A stretch of 64,000 nt of DNA from Eledone cirrhosa (taxonomy: Eukaryota). The stretch lies in the NCBI GenBank assembly GCA_964016885.1, contig OZ024743.1:74400001-74464000 (forward strand). The letters are read 5' to 3'. The stretch's first letter is position 1. The number at the start of each line of letters is the position of its first letter. The notes under the pieces were generated by a model that saw only the letters and a list, made by a program, of their open reading frames with translations, was not told where the DNA came from and ran no database searches. Shown here piece after piece: positions 46,035-59,234 of the stretch. The position numbers and the translations under genes are program-made.

Positions 46035-47520
46035 AAAATGGAACGGGGACAAAACAGAGAGGCAGTACGAACAAAGGTTTATTAGTTTCAGTCTCTTGAG
46101 AGTGGGGGGACGTTTCGGGCACAAGCCCTTCTTCAGGCGAAAAGTGTGTGGGAAGAGAGTTCCAAGGGTGTGTAGGGGAGTGGGGGAGAGACATTTAGAA
46201 AAGAGGGGGTGAGAGGAAACGGTGGAAGTGGTAGAAATGAAAATAAATATGAAAAAAAAATGAAAAAATAATAAAAATAAACATGAAGATAAACAAGTGG
46301 TGGGAGGGTGTGGGTCGTTTAGGGGTGGTGGCGGGTGGAGTGGGGAGAAGGAGGCGGGTTGTCCGAGCGGGGAGGGCTGAAGGTCGTTTGTGTGTGTAGG
46401 TGTACGCGTGTGTGTGTGTATGTGTATGTGAGAGTTGGGGGAAGAACGGGGTTCCATCTTCAGGAAAAGGTGTGTGTGGGATGGGGTGTAGGTCGATGTG
46501 TGGATGGGGCGGGGCCGAGGGGTGAGGGACGGGGAAAGAGGATTCCGGAGGCTGAGTGTGTAAATATGTGGGGGTACGCACGTGTGTGTGGTGTTTATAC
46601 GTATTGTGGATGTAGGTGGTGTGTGGAAAAAATTTTTTTGTGAGTGTATGTCCGTGAGTAAGTTCCTAAGATAGTTCCGTAGAGGATGTGGTGGGGTGCC
46701 GGATATTTTCCTTGTGATGGAGTTGATTCGTGGGAGCGAGGTCCAATGTGTGTAATCCGTGGCTGGGCTGGTCGGAAGAGGGGAGATGTGGGGTGCGCGC
46801 GCAACAGGAAGTGGTCAGAGGGTCAAGGCAGGAGGAGGGTTGTGTGTCTGTGTGTGCGGAGAAGTGGTCAAAGGGTCAGGGAATAGCAGCAGTAGGGGAG
46901 AATGGCAGGTGGAGCAAGTCGGTGTGTCAGTGTGTGCGGAGGTGCGGTGGACAGGGGCGAGGATGGGTAGGTGTGAAAGATGGAGTGAGGAGGGTGTAGC
47001 ACGGGGGAGGGAGTGTATTAGTAGAGGTGTTAGTGGGATGTGTCTGTGTGTGTGCGAAGGGGTGTGGGTGGAGCGGGGAGAGGGGGAGGGGTGTGGGTGT
47101 AGGTGGAGGGAGTGTGGTGTACTGGTGTGTGTGTGTGGTGAAGGGGGTGTTAGTGGGTGTTAGTATACTGGTGGTGGGGAAAGGGTTGAATGCGGGTGTG
47201 TTAGTGGGGGTCAGTGGTGGTAGGGTGTGTAGAGTGGGTGGTGTAAGTGGGTGTGGGTGGGTGTGTGTGTTCGTGTGCGTGGGGTCGGGGGGATGTTAGT
47301 GGTATTAGTTGTGGGGTGGTGGGAGTGGATGTGTGGGTGAGGGTTAGTGGTGGTAGTAGGGGGGAGGGGGAGGGGGATGTTACTATTGTTAGTTGGGGGT
47401 GGGCGGTGAAAAGGAGGAGTGTGTTAGTGGTGTTAGTGGAGGATATGTGTGTGGGGGGTTGGGCTGACAGGGAGGTCGAAGGCTAAAGGAATAGGAGTGG
47501 GGAGTTCAGGCCGGGGGGAG
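46030..47520 (-). mobile_element. Decayed, C/A-rich PLE derivative with HHR core at 46109-46136
   Basis: Reverse complement CTGAAGA-A-GGGC-ttgt-GCCC-GAAA-CG-TC with poor stem I. Terminus is shared with 5605-5645 and abuts (TA)n. Confidence 0.55.
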
Positions 47521-47707
47521 TGAGGGTTGTAGGGTGAATATATATATATATATCCAGGGAGTGTAATTGGAGTTAATGTAGGTTCACCTGTAGGTTCACC
47601 CAATAAACGTAATAGAGGAGTAACCAATCGTCCTTGTTAACTTATTTCACTATATATATATATATAACTATATATATATATATAACTATATATATATATA
47701 TATACAG

Positions 47708-47780
<73 letters not shown>

Positions 47781-47831
47781 GATAGATAGATAAATGAATA
47801 GATAGGTTATATAGATAGATGGATAGATATA

Positions 47832-48660
47832 TTTCTTTATTTGCCACAGGGACACAAAAGATGGGGACAAATACAAATACAAAGTGGGGAGTTTACATAT
47901 AAGCGTATAAAAATAGAACCAATAAATAAATAACAAATAACAATTGAAATCCTCAATAGGGGGAGGGAGAGGCGTTACACATGGGTTGTACACACCCCGA
48001 AAAAATGTACAACCCTCATCTCCAGGAGCACGAAGAGCGAGCGCTCCTTTCCTCTCTTCCTCTTTATATTCTTTCCACATTCACCCACCTTTCGTAAAAT
48101 TTGCTTGGGAGCAGCTCCTCTTTCTCCACTCTGATTCTTCTTCTAAAGTGATATTTGAAGAAGCGAACCAGTTGTTCGCCGGAGAGAAAGGTGTCTGCCC
48201 TCAGCCCTTTCAACCTCGTCCACCATATAACCTCTTTCACCATAGCCATTACACAGAGGAAAACCGCGTCTCCTTCGTTTTTGAAGGAGGGTGGCGGTTT
48301 GATCGTAATAATGGACTCGATGGCCAACCGGATTTGTTCCACCCGCGACAGTAGCCATTCTGCGTAGCTCCACGGGTCGGTAACGTCCGGACAGTGTTCG
48401 AATGTGTGCGCGACGGTTTCCTCGTCTCGCACGCATCTCGGACAGATCTATTTCGAGGGATCTCTGCTCGGGCGCCCGTGTCTGTAGAGCTTGTCTCGAA
48501 CAGGTAGAGCTCCTCGGTAGCACTGCAAAGCCAGGGACTTTTGGAAGTTGTCCATCGGTCCCGGGCGGCATGTCCTACCGAACAGACTGGCCAGTTCGTC
48601 TTCCTCTACGCCTAGAGTTCCCCTGAGAGTGTCGTCGCACTTGCTGCGCACCAACCCTAA
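47832..48660 (-). mobile_element. Tx1/L1 LINE 3' fragment (diverged copy)
   Basis: ETVAHTFEHCPDVTDPW...FFKYHFRRRIRVE is homologous to 15400-16240. Ends AATAAAGAAA then (TCTA)n. Confidence 0.9.
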
Positions 48661-48992
48661 GATATCGTTTGACATGAGAAGCACTGGCAAATTTTGAAAT
48701 TGTGGGTGTCCTAACGTAACTGACCCTAATAATATTTGACTACTATATATAATAGTTGCGAAAACCTGTTAAACACTTCTTTCCGTCTCCAGTTGTACTT
48801 TACATAATTTTCTCATCTATTATTATTATTGAGGTCGTTTACGAACTGACGCGCATATTTCAAAATAGGTACACCCCAACACACCCCACCACCACCACAC
48901 ACACTCACTCCCACACCCACACCCACATCCACACCCACACACACGAACACACACACAAACACGAACACGCATACACACACATACACACACGA

Positions 48993-49042
<50 letters not shown>

Positions 49043-49127
49043 TTATCATATACATATTTTATATATTATTCATACACATATAGACACTTACACAAGCACC
49101 CAGCATACATAATACTTACACATATAT

Positions 49128-49158
<31 letters not shown>

Positions 49159-49359
49159 CTACATACACACATATATGTGCGTGTATATGTTTGTGTGTTT
49201 GTACACCCCACAAATATATTCACACACTATTGCAACCCCGCCCCCCCCCCCACAGTAAGGTCACTGTTTCCGATGTTGAACGGAAAATTTATATTTCCAC
49301 CCACACACATTAAACTATTATTTACACCACCACTGCACCACACCCCCACCTCAGTACAA

Positions 49360-51868
49360 GACCACACCACCACAACAACATCACACCACCACCACAACAT
49401 CACACCGCCACCATCACACTACCACCACACCACCACTACACCACCACCAGCATCACCACACCACCACCACAACATCACACCAGCACCACACCACCACCAC
49501 AACATCAAACTACCACCACCACACCACCACCACAACACCACACCACCACCACCATCACACCATTACTACAATATCACACCACCACCACACCTCCACACCA
49601 CCACCACAACATCACACCACCACCACACCACCACACCACCACCACCATCACACCATTACCACAATATCACACCACCACCACACCTCCACACCACCACACC
49701 ACCACCACACCTCCACACCACCACACCACCACCACACCTCCACACCACCACCACACCACCACACCACCACCACACCACCACCACCACACTACCACCTCAC
49801 CACCACCACACCACCACACCACCACCACAACATCACACCAACACCACACCACAACACCACCACCACCATCACACTACCACCACACCACCACCAGAGCACC
49901 ACACCACCACCACACCACCACCACAACATCACACCGCCACCATCACACTACCACCACACCACAATATCACACCACCACCATCACACTACCACCACAATAT
50001 CACACCACCACCACACCACCACCACACTAGTACACCCCCACCACATCATCACACCTCCACCACACCATATCATCACACGACCACCACCCCACCGACACCA
50101 CCACAACACCACCACATCCCTACAACACACCACCACCACACCACCACACCACATCAGCACCACACGAGACCATTACACCATTACACCACATCACCACCAC
50201 ACCACACCATTACACTACACCACCACACCACCACACCACACCATTACACTACACCACCACACCACCACACCACACCATTACACCACATCACCACCACACC
50301 ACCACACACCACACCACACCATTACACCACATCACCACCACACCACACCATTACACTACACCACCACACCACCACACCACACCATTACACCACATCACCA
50401 CCACACCACACCATTACACTACACCACCACACCACCACACCACACCATTACACTACACCACCACACCACCACACCACACCATTACACCACATCACCACAA
50501 CACCACACCATTACACTACACCACCACACCACCACACCACACCATTACACTACACCACCACACCACCACACACCACACCACACCATTACACCACCACACC
50601 ACCACACCACACCATTACACTACACCACCACACCACCACACCACACCATTACACCACATCACCACCACACCACACCATTACACTACACCACCACACCACC
50701 ACACCACACCATTACACTACACCACCACACCACCACACCACACCATTACACCACATCACCACCACACCACACCATTACACTACACCACCACACCACCACA
50801 CCACACCATTACACCACATCACCACCACACCACCACACACCACACCACACCATTACACTACACCACCACACCACCACACCACACCATTACACCACATCAC
50901 CACCACACCACACCATTACACTACACCACCACACCACCACACCACACCATTACACCACATCACCACCACACCACACCATTACACTACACCACCACACCAC
51001 CACACCACACCATTACACTACACCACCACACCACCACACCACACCATTACACCACATCACCACCACACCACACCATTACACTACACCACCACACCACCAC
51101 ACCACACCATTACACTACACCACCACACCACCACACCACACCATTACACCACATCACCACCACACCACACCATTACACTACACCACCACACCACCACACC
51201 ACACCATTACACTACACCACCACACCACCACACCACCACACCACACCATTACACTACACCACATCACCACCACACCACACCATTACACCACATCACCACC
51301 ACACCACACCACACCATTAAACCACATCACCACAACACCACACCATTACACTACACCACCACACCACCACACCACACCATTACACTACACCACCACACCA
51401 CCACACCACACCATTACACCACATCACCACCACACCACACCATTACACTACACCACCACACCACCACACCACACCATTACACTACACCACCACACCACCA
51501 CACACCACACCACACCATTACACCACCACACCACCACACCACACCATTACACTACACCACATCACCACCACACCACACCATTACACTACACCACCACACC
51601 ACCACACACCACACCACACCATTACACCACCACACCACACCATTACACTACACCACCACACCACCACACACCACACCACACCATTACACCACCACACCAC
51701 CACACCACACCATTACACTACACCACCACACCACCACACCACACCATTACACCACATCACCACCACACCACACCACACCATTACACCACATCACCACAAC
51801 ACCACACCATTACACTACACCACCACACCACCACACCACACCATTACACCACATCACCACCACACCAT
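49360..51868. repeat. (CAC)-based low-complexity satellite (CACCACACCATTACACTACAC-type units)
   Basis: Read directly. Confidence 0.93.
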
Positions 51869-51870
51869 CT

Positions 51871-51904
<34 letters not shown>

Positions 51905-52160
51905 ATGTATATATTTATGTGTGTATGTATATATGTATGTGTGTGTATATATGCATGTGTGTATATTTAATTCATTCATTAATTGGTTGATATTAGTTAC
52001 ATTAATTTTATTGATAGCCCTAATCGATTTATTCGATTAATACCCCCCCCCCCCCGCCCCCGCCCACTACTACTAAATCTGTTCCTAGAATATATTTCAG
52101 TTACAATTAAGCAAGATACTGTGTTACATTGCATTAGGCAGTGTTACGCTGTCTTATGGT

Positions 52161-52237
<77 letters not shown>

Positions 52238-52241
<4 letters not shown>

Positions 52242-52425
52242 GAAAAGTATGACCCCGGCGGCTATTCTGTCGAGAAATAGCCGTCGAAACGGCTTAAGCT
52301 CTGCCGTCGGGGTCATACTTTTTCCTATTTCCCACTCTACTACCCTAAGTATTGAGTACTCTGGTGCGTTATGGTCCATCTGGTTCCTTAGTAACTGTTG
52401 TGTTAATGCTTCTACCAAACACGTC
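52238..52425. mobile_element. Palindromic F4 PLE end with a deleted left arm
   Basis: GGAAAAGTATGACCCCG...CGGGGTCATACTTTTTCC. Confidence 0.72.
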
Positions 52426-52426
52426 C

Positions 52427-52522
<96 letters not shown>

Positions 52523-52646
52523 TATATGTATATATATATATACAGAGAGAGAGATAGAGAGTTGGGTCCCGATTATTTAAAATTTAACCATATTCTACTA
52601 ACCCAATTATCGAGTACTCTGTTAAGCAATGGTCCAGCTAGTTTCG

Positions 52647-52737
<91 letters not shown>

Positions 52738-52781
52738 GGGATATAAATATATATGTATATATATATATATATATATACAAT

Positions 52782-53485
52782 GATATTAAATAAATGGAAA
52801 CTATATTTATAAAACCATATTTATTTCATTATACATATTTTCAAGGACACCAAATTAAATTATGGTGTGCTTTCATCAGATAAAATATAATATAGAGCAG
52901 TTTTATAAATAAATATTGACATACCCTTAAAGAATGCAACCATTACTGTTGGAAGCTCCCGGATAGTGGAGTTATATCTTTAATTATATTATTAGGTAAG
53001 TTAGTATTGGATATTTTTAAATAAGCCGTTGGGTTACGGAGAAAGAGAAAGAGAGAGAAAGAGCAGAACAACAGAGAGAAAAAGATAGAGAGAGAGGAGA
53101 CAGAGAAAGGAGATAGAACGAAATCGTAACATTTGAGATGAAATGAATAAATAAAATCATTTTAAAATATCCAATACTAACTTACCTAATAATATAATTA
53201 AAGTTATAACTCCACTATCCGGGAGCTTCCAACAGTAATGGTTGCATTCTTTAAGGGTATGTCACTATTTATTTATAAAACTGCTCTATATTATATTTTA
53301 TCTGATGAAAGCACACCATAATTTAACTTGGTGTCCTTGAAATATGTATAATGAAATAAATATGGTTTTATAAATATAGTTTCCATTTGTTAATATCTTA
53401 TTTTTACTCCAAATATTTGTTGAGTGCTTTATATCAGTTATAAAAATATTTGCTTGTTGTATCCCAACAATTTAAATAGAACTTT

Positions 53486-53490
<5 letters not shown>
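52782..53490. mobile_element. F1 element with ~240-bp inverted arms (52782-53022 / 53159-53397)
   Basis: Near-identical arms with a GA-rich spacer. HHR on each arm: 52824-52885 (-) and 53296-53356 (+). Confidence 0.85.
53296..53356 (+). ncRNA. Type I hammerhead ribozyme (F1), intact core
   Basis: TTTTAT-CTGATGA-AAG-C-ACACCA-taatttaact-TGGTGT-C-CTT-GAAA-TATGTA-TA-ATGAAA. Confidence 0.85.
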
Positions 53491-53519
<29 letters not shown>

Positions 53520-54609
53520 GTGTGCTTCCATAGAAATAGAAATAATGGTTGGGAATATCGAATAAAATACCGATTGAAAGGGATATAATGGATAGGGACT
53601 CCTGGAACTAAAACCCCGATTTCCTCCGAAGTTGGGGAACACACATTTATAGTTTACAATTTACCAGATGCTTCTTAAATTAATAGCTTGCTAATATATA
53701 CATACATACATGTATGCATGTATTCATACATACATGTATTTATATATACACACATACATGCATACATAATGCATACATGCATGCACACATGCACACATAC
53801 ATATATGCATACAAACATATGCACATTCATACATGGATGTATATATACATACACACACATGCATATATGTATTCTACAAACATACATACATACATACATA
53901 CATACATACATACATACATACATACATACATACATACATACATACATGATGGCTGCCACCTCGTTATCGAGTATGGCCATTGCAGGACATACCATTATTA
54001 ATTAATTCTATCATGCAATGCCTGTGCGTGAAGATATTTTTTTAAATGAGGAAAGACTGTGCACTGAGCCAATCCCACTCTCTAAGCGACTGTACCTATA
54101 ACCCGAAAAGAAGAAAAGATCAACAACATCGGTAACTACTGAGCCGCAGGTTCTATGTCGGAGTTATCCCAGTTTCCTGAGTTGCCTTCTCATAGAAGAA
54201 TGCCCTGACAAAGGCTAGGGGTCTTTCACTCCCAGTGGTTTAACATATATACGTTCATACAACTTTTAAAATTCTCGTTTGATATGAAGACAAATACAGT
54301 TTAGGGAAAAAATATAATATAGACGAATTCTTAGAAAAGGAAATAGAACTAGTCTTGTAAGAGTCATTATTTATATAAATTTGCACACTTATATACTTAC
54401 ATACATACATTCATTCATATATTTATATATATAAAATATATATATGTTCATTATCTAATGTAGAAATGGTTTCTATAGGACTAGAACAGTTCTAGTCTTG
54501 TATAAGCCATATTTAATCGCCATTTAACTCTGGATCTACACACATACACACGCACACACACACACACACAAAAAAAAACACACACACACACTCACACACA
54601 CACACACAC

Positions 54610-54660
<51 letters not shown>

Positions 54661-54661
54661 G

Positions 54662-54698
<37 letters not shown>

Positions 54699-54853
54699 TG
54701 TTATAATTTGGGAGTGTCATGTTACCAATAAGAAACACACGCACCAGTTGCTTTCACTTCAATTTATTATAAATTTTATAAATTTTATAAATATAAATTT
54801 TATAAATTTCCGGTTTTTGGTTGGTTCCAAAACCGGATGGTTGTTCATATATT

Positions 54854-54896
54854 GTCAAAGTTCTTTCGTCACACATTCTGTGACCTCTTCAGTGAC
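54854..54896 (-). ncRNA. Minimal type I hammerhead ribozyme in PLE 3' UTR
   Basis: Reverse complement: GTCA-CTGAAGA-G-GTCACA-gaatg-TGTGAC-GAAA-GAAC-TT-TGAC. Confidence 0.82.
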
Positions 54897-55080
54897 TGGG
54901 GATTCTCTTCTTTGTTTTGTGGCTCTTTTTCGTTCTGTCCTACGCCATCTTGTTTTTGTGTGTGTTGCGTGTTTAGTTTGCGCATGTGTTACATCCGGGT
55001 GTCTGTGTGTGTTTTTATTTGTTTATTTACATGTTACTAGTTAGTTGTTTGTTCTATGTGTGTGCGTTTTCATTTTGTCC

Positions 55081-55815
55081 TCAATTATAAGTTGTGATGT
55101 TGCTATTCCTATCATGTTTTCTATTTAATTTTGGTTGGAGTTCATTTATGTTTATAGCCTCTGTGATTTGTCTAAGCATTGCGTCTTTTCTGTGTGTAGA
55201 TTCTTTTTTTTATCTCTATGTTCTCTAATTTTCCCTTGTGTTCTATTTTAGCATATTGGTGGAGTATTGATGAGTCTTTTCTATCTTGGAGTTCTCGCCA
55301 GTGTTCATTTAATCGTTCTCCTATGCTACGAGCTGTCTCACCTATGTACATTATATTCTTATTTTTACATTGTCCCTCAGTACATCTTATGCTATATACT
55401 ATGTTTCTAGTTTTACAGTTAATATGGGGAGTTAGCTTACAGATTATGCATTTCCTATCTCTACAGGGAGTTCTTTGAAAAGGTATTACTAATTAGTGTT
55501 TTTATGGAGTATGACTAATTAGTGTTTTTATGGATGTACCTGGTCTTTCCACTATCTTAATATTTAGTTTAAGTTTATCTAGGGCCCTTCTAAATTTGTA
55601 AGCTAGTTCACCTGTAGGGGTTGCATTGATGAACATTACACTCTGGTATTTATTGCTATCATACCATGAGTTTATTTTATTAACCTTATTCTTAGTTGTT
55701 TCTATTCTATTCAAAATTTTGCTCCTATACAAGGGGCAGGTCCCATTTGTATCATTATTTATCATTTTTTCCCATTTGATTCTGGCTCCTCTATATATTC
55801 TGATTTTATCTTTCT
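55081..55815 (-). pseudogene. PLE RT-linker / GIY-YIG endonuclease C-terminal fragment (stop plus frameshift)
   Basis: CPLYRSK...FINATPTGELA...KIVERPGTSIK...CRDRKCIIC...CKTRNIVYSIRC...MYIGETARSIGERLNEH...DAMLRQITEAININELQPKLNRK. Confidence 0.9.
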
Positions 55816-55941
55816 GGTAAAATTTATATTTATAAAATTTATAAAATTTATAATAAATTGAAGTGAAAGCAATGGTGCGTGTGTTTCTTATTGGCAACAT
55901 GACCCTCTCAAAGTATAACAATATATATATATATATATATA

Positions 55942-56008
<67 letters not shown>

Positions 56009-56517
56009 CCAGAGTTAAATGGGGATTAAATATGGCTTATACAAGACTAGAACTGTTCTAATCCTATAGAAAGCATTTCTACATTAGATAATGAACATAT
56101 ATATATTTTATATATATAAATATATGAATGAATGTATGTATGTATGTATATATGTGTGCAAATTTATATAAATAATGACTCTTACAAGACTAGTTCTATT
56201 TCCTTTTCTAAGAATTCATCTATATTATATTTTTTCCCTAAACTGTATTTGTCTTCATATCAAACGAGAATTTTAAAAGTTGTATGAACGTATATATGTT
56301 AAACCACTGGGAGTGAAAGACCCCTAGCCTTTGTCAGGGCATTCTTCTAGGAGAAGGCAACTCAGAAAACTGGGATAACTCCGACATAAAAGTATATATA
56401 TATATATATATATAAGTTAAAAATAAAAAACAAAAACAATAACGATGAGTGCAGTACAAAGTGTTAGTATTAGGTTCACGTTTGAGTGGGGGGTTCATAT
56501 GTATATATAAAAATATA

Positions 56518-56577
<60 letters not shown>

Positions 56578-56584
<7 letters not shown>

Positions 56585-57188
56585 TGTTATACTTGGGGAG
56601 GGTCATATTTGCGTAATATTGCCAGAATTAATAACAGAACAACAACAACACCCAAACAAACAACACTGACCTAAGAGAAGTATAAATAAGTAAATAAATA
56701 AAATAAAATAAAATAAAATAAGATAAATAAATACACACACTAGTCACCCAGCAGACACAAGACTATACACACTAATCACACAGCACACACAACACTGTAC
56801 ACACACGCAAACGCATGCGCAAAGAAGACAAAATAAAATAAACAAACAAGCAAATAAATAAATAAATATATAGACAGACTGATTAAAAAAAAATGGCGTA
56901 GACATACAACACAACAGGAGGAAAAAATATAACACCACTGACGATGTTGCAGATGTGCAACGAAAGATTTATGTAAATTATGTAAACTATATATATGTAT
57001 TTGTGTCTATATTGTATCTGTATTATTTTTGACCGTCGGTCAGTCAATGGCAACATTGAGGACCGAGCAAGTTAGATCGCAGATATAAAAGACAGCGTGA
57101 AGCGAAAACCAACCAAACAGTGAGTGTGTTCTGTTATTAATTCTGGCAATACTACGCAAATATGACCCTCCCCAAGTATAACAATATT
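56578..57188 (+). mobile_element. Non-coding relative of the 54.7-55.9 kb PLE with inverted termini (56578-56642 / 57125-57188)
   Basis: Termini ATATTGTTATACTTGGGGAGGGTCAT resemble those at 54697 and 55925. Contains an HHR. Confidence 0.75.
56936..56973 (+). ncRNA. Minimal type I hammerhead motif
   Basis: CA-CTGACGA-T-GTTGCA-gatg-TGCAAC-GAAA-GATT-TA-TG. Stem II covaries with 54854-54896; stem I is short. Confidence 0.7.
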
Positions 57189-57242
57189 TGTTTCGACACA
57201 CGATTTCATATAAAAAACCTCGCTAAACTAATTCATCGCCGC

Positions 57243-57305
<63 letters not shown>

Positions 57306-57484
57306 GGCCAATCGGTGGAGGGGCGCGCATCGCCAGCCAATGGGTGTGGTGAAGGAGTAACCGATCATCCTTGTTATCTTTTAACTATAATACACTCTAT
57401 ACCTCTACACCTCGACACTGAAGTGAACCTAAACATCGAGTGCTCACCCGGGTGAACCTACAGTAACTCCAAGTTACACTCCCT

Positions 57485-57534
<50 letters not shown>

Positions 57535-57536
<2 letters not shown>

Positions 57537-57604
57537 TTAATATAGATGAGATTCTACAGGACTAGACAGTTCTAGTCCTGTAGAATCTCATCTATATTAA
57601 AACT
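57535..57604. repeat. Near-perfect ~32-bp-arm palindrome next to (TA)n
   Basis: GTTTTAATATAGATGAGATTCTACAGGACTAGA-cagt-TCTAGTCCTGTAGAATCTCATCTATATTAAAAC. The core hairpin is shared with 54475-54503. Confidence 0.85.
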
Positions 57605-57670
57605 TTTATACTCTGCTATGTATTGAGTACCTTACATACTGTGGTTACCTCCGATTCAACCCGGAATAAC

Positions 57671-57757
<87 letters not shown>

Positions 57758-57851
57758 CCTACATATATATGTAGGTATATATATATATATATACCTACAT
57801 ATATATATATTTATATACATATGCATATGAATATATGTATACATATGCAAA

Positions 57852-57882
<31 letters not shown>

Positions 57883-58088
57883 CACACATATATATATATA
57901 CCTGGAGTTGCGACCGATAGATAGTATTAGCAATTGGAAAGACCAATGGAAACATTGTTTCCTCGGTCCGATTTGACGAAAGTCGATCGTTAGGAATATA
58001 TATATGTGTGTTTATATATATATATATATATATATATCCACATATATACATATATATATATGTGTGTGTATATATATATATATACATA

Positions 58089-58139
<51 letters not shown>

Positions 58140-58325
58140 CGTTTCTGAATATATATACATATATTTATATATATATGTATATATACATATATATACATTC
58201 GTTCTTACTCGGTTCCGCCAATGTCTTCCTATTTCTTCATATTTGTTTATTTTCCACCAATCACGCCTCCATTAGTTTAGTAATTTATTCTTTCAAAATA
58301 TCTCTCTCTCTCTCTCTCTACCTAT

Positions 58326-58389
<64 letters not shown>

Positions 58390-58696
58390 TTCTCTCTCCT
58401 TCCTTCTCTCTCTCTCCCTCTCTCTGTTCTTCTTCCTTCTCTCTCTCCCTCTCTCTGTTCCTCTCCTTTCTTCTCTCTCTCCCTTTCTCTGTTCCTCTCC
58501 ATCCTTCTCTCTCTCTCTCTTTCTCTTTCTCCCTCTCTATCTTCCCCCTCTATCTCTTCCCCCTCTCTCTCGCTCCTTCTCCCTCTCCCTCTCTGTCCTC
58601 TCTCTTGTTTTCCTCTTTTCATTATTCTTTCATTCACAATTCATTCATACCCACACACACTGGTACACATATACACACACGCACTCACACACACAT

Positions 58697-58765
<69 letters not shown>

Positions 58766-59032
58766 CACACACACATTTCCTTCTACCTGTTCTCATATAC
58801 ATTCATATAGTTACAAAACAAATCTGTGTGGTCGGTTGACCTGTTAGAAATAGGTGTTAAGTCCTCCTTTAAATCACACCTTTAAAGAATTATGGGATGG
58901 GATGGTCACATCTGGAATAGGTTTGATCCAAGGTCTGCTTCATCATAATCGGAGTCGATTATCGAGCAGCACCCAGAGCAGTGTATTGGTTGAGAAGACA
59001 GCCTCCCCCAATCACCAGTTGGGGGGGGGGGG

Positions 59033-59145
59033 AGAAGAAGAAGAAGAAGAAGAAGAAGAAGAAGAAGAAGAAGAAGAAGAAGAAGAAGAAGAAGAAGAAG
59101 AAGAAGAAGAAGAAGAAGAAGAAGAAGAAGAAGAAGAAGAAGAAG

Positions 59146-59175
<30 letters not shown>
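59033..59175 (+). repeat. (GAA)n, ~47 copies
   Basis: Read directly. Confidence 0.98.
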
Positions 59176-59177
<2 letters not shown>

Positions 59178-59234
59178 GCAGACCACCATTCTGTTGTACT
59201 GATGTTTGGACAATATCCATGAGCTTGGCTGGTA

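Larger units (their letters stand above)
54697..55925 (-). mobile_element. 5'-truncated Penelope-like element (probably Naiad-type) with inverted terminal repeat (54697-54800 / 55818-55925)
   Basis: GIY-YIG region, HHR in the 3' UTR, inverted 5' copy of the 3' end, inserted in (TA)n. Confidence 0.88.
54156..56387. repeat. Nested inverted duplication: outer arms 54156-54540 / 56003-56387 plus mirrored (CA)/(TG) and (TA) tracts around the PLE
   Basis: ~390-bp arms are near-identical reverse complements. Confidence 0.88.

Noticed and set aside
49177-51990. 937-aa His/Thr/Pro-rich ORF
   Set aside because: G-poor (CAC)n low-complexity DNA rarely forms stops, and frames drift freely.
58854-59222. 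Poly-Glu/Lys/Leu/Ser ORFs
   Set aside because: (GAA)n microsatellite.
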